The notes below the pieces were generated by a model, which saw nothing but the letters and a program-made list of their open reading frames with translations, had not been told where the DNA came from and ran no database searches. Of a DNA stretch of 64,000 nt, positions 25,332 through 36,450 are shown piece after piece. This DNA is from Nymphaea colorata (taxonomy: Eukaryota). Made by a program: the position numbers and the translations under genes. The stretch is from positions 7,378,001 to 7,442,000 of the forward strand of contig NC_045138.2 in NCBI RefSeq assembly GCF_008831285.2. Reading direction: 5' to 3'. Numbering within the stretch: the stretch's first letter is position 1; every line of letters begins with the position of its first letter.

Positions 25332-26931
25332 ACTAGGCTTGGTGGGAATCAACAACACCTTCCATTTTATTAACAAACAACAGTGGAGATTATAATGGAA
25401 AAAGGAAAAGAAAAAGAGAGGGAGACTTCCTGAGAACGTCTAAAAAGCCAAAAGCTTTCCTGCCCTTTTATCCGAGATATTGACTTCTTTGGACATTTTT
25501 TATAAAAAATTATCAGCGGCTTCTTGGATGCCATTCGTTTTGGAAATGAACGGCTTTCAACAGTTTACCAGCAGGGGCTTGCTTTCGGCCGTCCGTTTAT
25601 GCTGATCTAAGTTACTGTCGGAACATTTTCCTCGAAAACCAAAAATTATAAATTAAAACCCTCTTTTGAGAAAATAATTTTCGTTATTTCATGTTTTAAA
25701 GACATCCTACCAGAACAATCATTCTCATTTGATTAAGTAAAAAACAAATAGCATAAGAAACAAATAGAATATGTTCTTAAATAAATGTCACAACCAAACA
25801 ATTTAAGTTGTGACCGCATTCTTGTGCCTATATAGCATAAGAAAATGAATGACGGGCTTGGTGCATTATACTGTTGTCACAAATATCTTTTTTTTAAGGA
25901 AAATGTCAAGGAGGTTTTTATGAGGTATTTTCTTAAGTAAAGTTGTTTTTCTCATAAAAATAAAAAAGAAATCTCAGTAGATTTAAAAAATAAAAAATCT
26001 TAATATTTAAAAAACAACAAGATAAATGAAAAAAATAATAAAAAGTGAAAAAGGCCAAACATTCCTATCAAGCGATATTCATTTTTTTTAGATTTTCTTG
26101 ATATTTTCATTTTAGTTGTTTTTCTTTTAAATATGGTGGAATTTTTGAAAAGCTCGCAATATAGTGACTTATACCAATGGTTGGTAGGTCATTGGTGAAT
26201 GACATGGGGCCTACTCACTTTAAAAACAAAGCAGCTCCTGACCCATAAAACAAGTAAAAGAAAAGTGGATGCACCATTTAAACAAAACGAAATGTGAAGC
26301 GAATATGATTGCAAGTATTCATGCGTCAGTGTTTCTTCTGCATCCCCGACAATAAGTGTGGGTACGAGGCCAAGAGGGAGCGTATATTAAAGAAAGCAGA
26401 TTTTATTGTTAATTTCCTTCCAACACAAGGAAAATGCAGAAACGTGGCATGAGTTGCTTAAAGATCAAGTTATGACCTGTTTTTTTATCACCTAGATGCC
26501 ATTGGGAGTCGTTTGATATCTTTGGAGCTCGTTTGGTAACAATATACATTGTTATTGTTTCAAGAATATGTCCTAAAAAAAGTAGTTGAGACACATTCAT
26601 AAGACAATAACAACAATGTCTTGTTACTGCCTCAAGCCTCAAAGACCGTTTCGATATTAAATTGGAGGCCAATTTGAAATCCAAAGTTTGTGGGGCTCGC
26701 AGCTGACCCTATTAAAATAAAAAAATATTTTTTAAAAATAAAAAATTTGAATATAAACTATATTTTGAATAATAAAATATTTAAATAAATAATATAAAAA
26801 AATAAATCGGGTTGAATTGGGCCTGCCCGTGCTGGTTTTTTTGGGCTCAGGCCGGATCGGGTCGAGTACCATGTATTGGAGCCTGATACCCAGACTTATT
26901 AAAAACTCCAAGAGGGAGGAGTGAGAGTGAA

Positions 26932-27660
26932 TGTTGTATGTGATCATCCAATATGAAATTTTTAGGCATCTTAAATCACCTTGGATCTTATATTCAGGGT
27001 AAACAAACACATCTGTATTTGATAGCTTCGGATTTATGATTCGAAGCTGATATCGAATCTGAGATAGGTGGGATCCACTGTTGAATCAAACAATAGATTT
27101 CACAACTATAGATTTGAGTTCTGCATTATGTTATAATTATGCATAGAGGGGTAGGAGGTATATATCCATGGTTTTAATGTCACTGTAGATCTGTGATAAT
27201 CTTGGATCTCACATTCGAGGCCATCAAACATGGTGTAATTGTCCATTCATTTAAATTAAATTAAAGTGTCTCATATTGGAGTGTGGAGTCGGATCCATGC
27301 TTGATAGACTTCCCTAACTTATGTAAGGGCATTTATGTCACTTTTCTACTTCACGGTCTTTGCTCTAATCCTATGTTCATGAGGGCGTCATTGTCACTTG
27401 TATTTTGTATTCTTCTATGGTAGTGAAAACCTACTCTGTATGGTGGTCATAAAAGTAGGAGGACGTTGTCTCCAAACCACATAAATCTTTGTGTCTTTTT
27501 CATCTTTCTCTTCCTCAGATCCCTTGATGCTTTAAGAGAGTGGGAGAGAGCGATTCTCTGACGACGATCGACCAGTGTGAGACTTACCATAAAGGTCCCA
27601 CAGGAATGAGAGCTCTTCATTTTGGATTACACTGGCCCATGTTGTTGGACCACTCCAACA
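26932..27660 (+). mobile_element. Probable copia-type LTR remnant
   Basis: TGTTG...CAACA termini; AACCACATAAATCTTTGTGTC motif resembling plant copia LTRs; followed by AG-TGGTATC (PBS-like); preceded by a purine tract. Confidence 0.45.
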
Positions 27661-30244
27661 AGTGGTATCTGGTCTAAGTTTCCTGCTGTTATAGTCACTT
27701 TTAGGACTATGTTTAGAAGAGTTGATTTCATTGACAATTGAAGAAAATATATCGAATGCTGTGTTTGCAAGGCTTGGTGGTCTAAATTCATGGAGAGTTT
27801 AATCTCTAGTTTTATGAGAGACAATTGATACTTTTTAAATTTTCAACTATATAATTTTTACTTTTTTTTTTTACGTTTTATATTTTTGTTTCTAAAACGG
27901 GTCCAATCCATGGGTACCTTGGGTTCATGTAAGCAAAAAAGATCAAAAGGTCAAAATATTCCTGAACCAAAAAAAAAAAAGGAAAAAGAATGAAAAAATT
28001 ACTTTGACAGACCCTTCAAACAAGAGAATTGAAAACACCCCTCTAGTCTTAAAGTAATTAATAGAAGGGGCCATGTGTCGAAAATGCAATAGACGTTCCT
28101 TACTTCTAAATGCAAGATGTTACTTTTTTAAGTTGTTTGGTAATAGAAATAGTAACAAATTATTACCTGAAGTAATGGTTAGAGTAAATTTATGAAACAC
28201 TATGTCACAGTTTTTTTTATGAAGCAAACAGTTTATTACTATTTTTTCTTGTAACCGGGCAACATATAAAGGGGAAGCAGGTGACAACCTCATTTTTACC
28301 TACATAACCAATGTATATCAAACGGCAGTTTTATAGTTTGTCTTAACTCACTTAAAACAGATCTCACATCTACATGATCAGTTGGTATTTCTAAACATTT
28401 AGGGTTTCCTTATTAGTTGGATTTGGCAGTTGCTATCATGCTTGGGTGCATTACTATTCTAGCTCCAACCAGCGACATGCACAATACCCAAGTTGAATGA
28501 TGCCTAGACATTGGAAGCAAGCCATAACATTAGAAATATAAGAGTACGGCCTTGGGAATTTTGCACTCTAAACATTTGAAAAAAAAGGTTAATGTCATCG
28601 GCTGTTGTCAACAACCTTATAGACAATGAGATTTAGTACCCATCATAAAGTTTATGTGTGCCCCAAATGAGAGAGAGAGATAGAGAGAGATAGAGGGATG
28701 AAAACGAACTTAATTAAAGGAAGCCAATGTGCGAAAATATCACTAGTTCCCAATGAGTGTTGAAAGAGAGAGAGAGAGAGAGAGAGAGAGTCTGCATGAT
28801 TGTCATATTTGTTTGTCATAATCTTCCATGAAAATTCTCGGGATCAAGTTGTTAAACAGAACTGGAGTTATATAAAAATGGAATCGCCATGTTTAATTAA
28901 TTTGAGATATACACTTTATAGATAAATAAGGAGTTACGTATAATTAAATTGATATGCAATGTCCAAAAAAAAAAAAAAGGATCGTTGAACTGAGATGAGT
29001 TGTAGGAGGAAAAGGGAGTTGGCATGTTAACGTAGAATCACTGCCTCGGATGGAACCACATGTGGGCCTGTGAGGGCATTTGCCCACACGGGTCTATAAA
29101 ATTTATTTATTTACCGGTTGCTTGCTGATATATTAGTGTCTCTGATCTCATTCATTTGCTTATTACCTTTCAATCATTTCAAGGATTTAAAATTTTTCAA
29201 ATAAGTGCCTCTCAACCAACCAAACATATCTGGCTCAGCCATCCTATTCTGCTTTCCATGTTTGATGTATCATCACCTGAGTTTTAGGTGATTTAAAAGT
29301 GATAGTTGTTCTAATTTAGAAGAGATTGACTATGAACAGTAAGTTAAAACGAATCTTAATTATGTTCAGCACAAAAATGTACAGTAACGCGTTGTAGTGG
29401 AATTACCAGTGATAGTTTTCACCGACAATTTGTTTACTAACATTCTAAAGAAACGTCGATAAAACTTTTAAATGCCATATTTACCGACATTTTCTAACCG
29501 CTTGTAATATACTTATTTTTTGTAGTGAACTGATTTACAATTGGGTCAATTTTTGTTCTTTTTCTATAAGCTATTAAGTCTTGCAATTTTTGTTTCCAAG
29601 TTCACCCAATTATAGCTAAAAAAAAACACCTCCGTATCAAAAACCCAACACGAAATTTGTAACTATGGTAGAAATATTATTCCAGGTCCAAAGTTCCTCA
29701 TCTGTTTCTTAGTCTAGAATAATAATTTCAGTAACCACATTTCCATTTTTATATATTTAAAATTAATTTCAAAAATATCATAATTGACTGTCAACCATCT
29801 GTATATACTTTAAAAAATAATTTAACCTAATAAATTAGTTCAATTCATTTTTCACTAATGAATCAGCAGATACATGAAGCAGATACATGACTGTGCCGGT
29901 CTATAAGAACTGATTCAACCGATGCGATACGACTCAAAAGTTAACAACAGGAAAACCACCAGTCCGCCATGAAAATGCTAAGAATGCAGAACGGTAGCTG
30001 TTCTAAATACTGACCGATAAAGCAATTTAACAGTGAAGGAGAGAAGGTGTGAGTAACAGCTGCAATCTGCGTTCAATCACTAATGCAATAGTGCAATCTC
30101 GTCTGATAATCAAAAGGCAAAAGAACAGAAGAACCAAGAACAAAAACAGACTCCTCCATGGAAACGAAGTGTTCCCCATAAAAAACAAGGCATTATTGTA
30201 CGAGACGGCAACAGCCCGGCCGGCTAGCCGGCCTGCCGACTAAC

Positions 30245-30823
30245 TCACTGGTGGACTACAACCACATCGTACTGTACGGTGACATCGCCGATGTTGTCTT
30301 TCCAGTGGGTCCTGACCAGTGCATAGCCTTGGGCCATCCGGAAGGCGCCGCTGCCGCCGACCACTGGGATCTCCCTCACCTTGTAAAGCATCGAGTTCCG
30401 GCCCATGAAGCTGAGGGTGCTCCCATTGTACCTCCCCGCCGTGAACACCACGTTCATGTCCATCAGAAGCGCTATATCCTGCTGCGCCGAATACGCGTAG
30501 AACCCCTGGCACCTCCCCACTTGCTTCGACGTCAGCTCCGGCCCCTCCGTCAGGACACTGTCGATCATCTGGACTTTGCCGAAGAAAGGAGTGGAGGCCG
30601 AACCATTTATGATGGTGATGCTGGTGGGGTTCTTGCCGCTCTTCACGTCGTGCAAGTAGAAGCGGAAACGGGACACCTTCTCTTCCCTCGGCAGCATTGC
30701 ACTTTGCAATGGGTGGCCGGGATCCTTGGCACCGGCGACGGAGGCAGTGGTGATGAAGAGGAAGAGCATGAAGAACAGCAAGGATTTAGGAAGGAGGCTT
30801 CTGTCCATGGTGGTGTTTGGCAT
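30245..30823 (-). CDS. DIR: Dirigent protein, intact, 192 aa (alternative start ATG at 30808); DIR3 here
   Basis: Signal-peptide-like LLFFMLFLFITTASVAGA; motifs RFYLHD, FGKVQMIDSVLTEGP, GRCQGFY, NGSTLSFMGRN, REIPVVGGSGAFRMAQGYA, VQYDV. Confidence 0.95.
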   Translation of the reverse strand: MPNTTMDRSLLPKSLLFFMLFLFITTASVAGAKDPGHPLQSAMLPREEKVSRFRFYLHDVKSGKNPTSITIINGSASTPFFGKVQMIDSVLTEGPELTSKQVGRCQGFYAYSAQQDIALLMDMNVVFTAGRYNGSTLSFMGRNSMLYKVREIPVVGGSGAFRMAQGYALVRTHWKDNIGDVTVQYDVVVVHQ

Positions 30824-33800
30824 CTTGAGGCAGCAGAGGAGAATGGGTGCCTTTAGCGTCTCTCATATTAGCATTTTATAGGAAGATTTTAGAGACTGAG
30901 AGGATGGTGGAGTTGGATTTTTCTTCTAGAAGGTCGCTCGTCTTTTCAGCGTTCAGTCTTATGTGTTATTTTCCTGTTTATGGAGAAGTTGTAACAGGAA
31001 GATAGACTTTAGTGCACGAACAATAATGTGATAGAGGTTTGGTAGAAAAGGAATCCGGCCTTACTTTGCGTAGTTTACACTTTTAACGAGAGTAAAGAGA
31101 TGATTTTTTTTCTTCGGGCCATAAGGGTGAGCAGTCGTTTTGGTTGGTGACAGTCCTTCAAAGCCACAGATAGGTCTTGTGTGAAATTTAAAGTTTAACT
31201 AAGCCGGTTGCCTTTTGTCCCCTATCTTTCAACTTGTGCTGGGGACCCATGATCCTCCTATGTTCTTATCGTGGTTCTTAACAGTTTAATAATGGCCTCT
31301 GTTTTGTAAAACACTGTATAATTGTTAAATAAAAATATGAAATCAGTCGGCTATGCCTGTTATTGCATGGTTATTTTTTTTATTTTGTATTGTAAAAAGT
31401 CATCACCAAATGTAGGTAGTTACACAACTCGTTGGTTGTTGCCAATGCATCTTTATTGATGGTCTTTAACAATAAAAAAAAAAACCATTCAACCTGGTTG
31501 ATATATATATGTATATGCCAACTCAACCAAAAAGACCGTTTAATCCATTATAGTAGATGGTTGTGAAAAAAATAATAAAAAATGTAAGAACTAATATTAT
31601 ATAATAAAAATGCCAATCATTTTTTTTTTACTTCTGCTCTCAGCAACTCTCATGAATGAGTTAAGTAGCTATTCAATTTTCATTCATTTATATATATAAT
31701 GTCTAAAACACCCTTATGAAAAAAGAGGTATCGTTGGAAACAATGGTTTCCCTGCTCACTCTCCCTTTTTCACCCCCTCTTTCACACGCAGAGGACCTCT
31801 GTTGCATCTTCGTTGCGTCGACGTTGGCTATAGCAGTGAGTAACTCTCTCTCTCTCTCTCTCTCTCTGTGAGCACAGTGAGAGAGTCCTCCTCGCTGCAT
31901 TGGGTATGCGCTCCGTCGCATGCGTCAGGGCGACAAAGCCCCTCCCATTCTAACCAAGGAAAACCAGGCGAGGGCGCCTTCCTTGATTACCTGAGCTTGG
32001 GAACCCAAAAGCTGTCTGCCTTTTTATCCGAGATACAAAGTTTTAGTAGAGGAGGAAACACTAGAAGTGTAGTTTACCACTCTAACCATACTTGTAGTTT
32101 AGCAGCACCATGTGGGGGGTGCCCCAATTTCAACCGCATTGTGCTACTCTTTGATCCAATCAATTGCCCAATTAGTTCCCCAAAGTGTGCCTGAAGCTAA
32201 AATTCACCAAGAAATTTGGCTACGGAAGTAGAGTGACTAGAGAGGAAAACGGCGAGAACAGAGCATGACACCCCAGCAATCGAATTCCAAAACTTCAACG
32301 ACTAAAAGATTTCGATGGTTCAGAGAAGAACGAAGACAACATGTCTTTGACGGGGAAGGTGAGTCCAGCAAAGAGGGAGGGAAGGGACTGGAGCTGAAGG
32401 GATGACAAATACTTCGACCAATGCACCGAAATTTAGGAAGTTTTGCCCCTTTGTTGACTCTTCCGATTCCCATTGCCCCTTCTCCTCCGCCTCAAAAGAC
32501 GAAGCCCACTAGCCCATAGATTAATAACGCCAACAACCAATTCATTCCTTTTCTTGCCCGTTCCGGCCGCTCCTTCTCCCAGTCGAAAGCGCAGGTTTTG
32601 ACGAAGATTGAGAGAGACGATGACAGACTGCGCCAGAAGTCGTCTTGCTGAGGAGCAGCGACGGGCGACGAGCGACAGGCTAAGCTCCTCCGCGCGTGGG
32701 TGGGGAAAGAGAGGGACACCAAAAAAAAAAGCGGCAATCCAATGATTTTTTTATAAAGGAATCTTAGGCATTCTCAAAATCAGTTTCCCTCCTTTTTTTC
32801 ATTATAATCTCCCTTGGTTCCCAATAAAGTTCGTGGTGCTGATTCCCACTTGGCATGTAAGGCCCTGATATCTATCGGTTTTTATGTATGGTGTCTTGGG
32901 CCCCAATGCAATGCATATGAAAAAAAATAAGCACACGACTGTGCAATCACCAAAATGTTTCATTAAAATAAAAATAAAGTTGCGTTTTTATTGCGGGAAA
33001 CACTAGACTCTGCCAACAATAATAATGTAAGAGAGAGACTCAACCATACTAGACTAAAGGACTGCAAGCCTTAACTAAAATTAACACTCATCAATACTTA
33101 AATAACACCCCCCATTCAAACCAAAAAAGTGGTTAATACACATCAAATAGGTCGATAAGTTGGGTTAGGGATGCCAATTATCAGATCTGATATACCTTTT
33201 ACGATATCCGATTTTTTAAATATTCATAATTTGGACTTACACTTGGATTGAAATGCTCATGAAAAGAGGCATATACCATATTCGAATTCGACTTTAAAAT
33301 CTACATCCGAATTCGATTTTCAAGTTATATTTGAATCCGATCCGAATCCGACTTTTAAGTTATAAATGAGTCCCGAATCCGACTTTTAAGTTATATCTGA
33401 ATCCATCCGAATTCAACTTTTAAGTCATATCCAAATCTGATTGGAATATGACTTTTAAGCCATATGCAAATATGATCCAAACCTGACTTTTAATACTATC
33501 CGGAATTGTAATTATTAATTAATTAATTTTAAAAAATATGTATCTACATCCAGAATTTGAATACTAGCTAAATATAATAAAATAAACTAAAAACATATTC
33601 TTTTAAACGTGTACCAATATTAAAGTGCCCAGTAAATAATGAAGGAATATATTCAAGTAATATGTATGAAAATATAAGTAAACACCAAATGAACCATGAA
33701 ACCCAGTCTAAACCTCACACTAGCCCAAACTCGGGTAATGATAATTGTCAAGCATATTTCAAGAGAGAGAGAGAACAAACAAAAAAAGTATGTATCAGTT

Positions 33801-34289
33801 ATACTACATCATCAAACTTCATTCCATAAAGCATGCAAATTTCAAATTTTAAAATTGTACATGGCTGTTGTTCTTCGTTGCAACAAAAGACTAGATGAGT
33901 CATCCTTGTCAACTTCAATAATAAAAAAAAATATTTCACCATTTAGTATGAGCTTCCAAAAAGTTTCTTTCAATGCTTCCATTTTCCACAGTGGATCTGT
34001 TCTTTCTATTTTGATATATACTTGAACCATGTTCACACTATATTGAGGAATGCTATAAATTAACTTGCATTGTGTAAATAAAAATTTAATTAAATAAACA
34101 TCTTAGACATAAATAATTGTACGTTTAGTTGATGTAAAGAAAACTTATGATTCAGTTTCAATGTATGCAGATGCAAATGTTGTTTCATCTTCATGCAAAG
34201 GTGTAGGCAAATCGGAATCATCTAACAAAAGAATAAAATAAGCAATAAAAAACATGCTTAAAAGCATTAATAATAAATTAATTACTTTC

Positions 34290-36450
34290 GGCTTGATCTC
34301 ATGACCAATCTTGTACACAAATCAAAGCCTCTATGGTCTTTGCACCTAATATGCTTCTGTATAAATCAAGAACACATTTACCTATGCTAATTGTTTACTC
34401 TAATTTATAACAACCAAAATATCACATATCATTTTAGATAACACTGAGTATTTGGGTGCATTGACCTTCCACAATATCAAAATACCAATTTGATTGTTTT
34501 TTGGATAAATAGGTTCTTCCAAATACAATTCCAAATCTAATTTTGTGCATTGGCTCTACGATATTCTTCAAGAAAGTCATCTAGAGCACTTGTCCTAGGC
34601 TTCTTATGAAAAGAAAATTCAATCAAAGAAGTAAATGAAGATGCATTACTATCATTCTCAACATTAGCAATATAACTAGTAGAGAATATCTTCAATGCAT
34701 AAATAGATTTATGCTAATCACAAAGATCACAAAGGTAATTCTTAATTGTAGAGACATATTCAAATGTTTTACCCTTATAAAATTATCTACAATAAAACTC
34801 AATTATTTTCATCTTCTAATGAGAATAAAAGACCACTGCAACTGCTAAAATCAAATTTTATATTTCCCAATACTTGTCAAACTTTGTTTTCATCCACATT
34901 GTTATATTTGGAAGACAAATATTTTAATTTGAACACATTTTTTCAATTTCTATTTTTATCTTACAAAAATATTTAAAGAAGATGTTAGAAGTTGGATACT
35001 TTACTACAGAAATAACATTAATAACATGATAAGATATTTTTAAACTGATTTGAATAGTAGTAGCCTTTTTCTATTTGCCCTTAGTCGGTGTTAAATGATA
35101 ATGACTATCAAGTTTTTGAAAACAAAAAAAAGCTTCTCTGTATTGTAAAGATGCATCAAGCATAAGAGATGTTGAGTTTCATCTAGTTGGAACATCAAGA
35201 CATAACTTTTTTTCACAAGTAACTTTGACATTACACATTGCTCGATCAAAAATTTCACATCGAGCTGAAGAATATAAGCAGCACTTCTAAGAATATGAGT
35301 TCCGTATGATTTATCAATCACATCACTTATTTCACTGACATCATCTTACACAACCAAATTAATAATATGAGCAGCACTTATAACTTGCAACTAATATTTT
35401 ATTTTAGTAAACAATTTTTGATGATTATCATGTTTTTTATCAACTTGAATGACTATCAAGTTTTTGAAAACAAACAAAAGCTTTTCTCTATTGTAAAGAT
35501 GCATCAAGCATAAGAGATGTTGAGTTTCATCTAGTTGGAACATCAAGACATAACTTTTTTTCACAAGTAACTTTGACATTACACATTGGTCGATCAAAAA
35601 TTTCACATCGAGTTGGAAAATATGAGCAGCACTTCTAAGAATATGAGTTCCATATGAATTATCAATCACATCACTTATTTCTCTAACGTCATCTTACACA
35701 ACCAAATTAATAATATGAGCAGCACTTATAACTTGCAACTAATATTTTATTTTAGTAAACAATTTTTGATGATTGATGCAAGTTTTTTTCCTATATGAGG
35801 TGTTTCAACCATGACAAAGTTGAGAACTTTCTTTTGTATTTCCCAACTATTATCAATACAATGTGCAACAAAACATAAATAACCATGTTCCTGACAAGAT
35901 GAAGTCCATATATCAGATATGAGACTAATCCTTCCATTAGTCTTCTACAACATATTACGTAATTTTGTCATTACATCTTCATAAATATGTATGCAATTTG
36001 ATCTAATAGCGTTACGTGACAATAACTTGAACTGTAACTGGAATCCTTCAATAAACTTTTGAATGCTTGAATGACTAACTATACAAAATAGATATTTATG
36101 AAAAATAATCACATTAGCTAAATCAAGTCGGTTCTTATCTGAATCAAACTTGAAAGTACCAATAGTACCTTTTCCATCATTAGTCTATTCACTAATGACA
36201 AGATGTTGTTGGCCTAATTCTAACTCATGTCTTTTAAAACATGCCTTTAAACGTGTGGTATCCATATTACTATTACAATCTACAGATACTTTACAATGTT
36301 GACAAACAACATGCTGAATACCTCTTTCATTTATTGTCCTGCTAAACTCCTTCCATATAGCTGATCTTAGTGACTTGACTTTTGTAAGAAGCATGTCAAT
36401 TTCTATATTGTTAGCAGAGACAGAACTAAAAGCATTAGTACTAGATCTTA
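34290..36450 (-). pseudogene. hAT transposase remnant (BED finger, catalytic core, hATC dimerisation domain)
   Basis: SAIWKEFS..CQHC..RH BED finger; ISDIWTSS; C-terminal DLYRSILGAKTIEALICVQDW; many stops. Confidence 0.85.
35100..35774. repeat. Tandem duplication of about 326 bp (period 348) inside hAT 1 transposase
   Basis: 35100-35426 is nearly identical to 35448-35774; it produces twin ORFs 35091-35321 and 35391-35669. Confidence 0.95.

Larger units (their letters stand above)
17575..25479. repeat. Tandem duplication unit A (contains DIR2)
   Basis: 17575-19521 aligns with 25480-26700; 21967-24865 aligns with 29218-31667; 25448-25479 aligns with 32005-32035. Confidence 0.85.
25480..32035. 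repeat. Tandem duplication unit B (contains DIR3)
   Basis: Begins TTGACTTCTTTGG (cf. 17575 TTGACTTATTTGG); ends TTTTATCCGAGATA (cf. 25479). Confidence 0.85.

Noticed and set aside
30251..30856. 201-aa plus-strand ORF antisense to DIR3 (also 23376-23690 and 23573-23950 over DIR2)
   Set aside because: Shadow ORFs expected from GC-rich codon usage on the opposite strand; no recognisable motifs.
33280..33500. Short spaced repeats resembling a CRISPR array (also 47810-48012 and 57680-58070)
   Set aside because: Plant nuclear context, no unique spacers of constant length, no cas genes; these are TE subterminal or UTR repeats.
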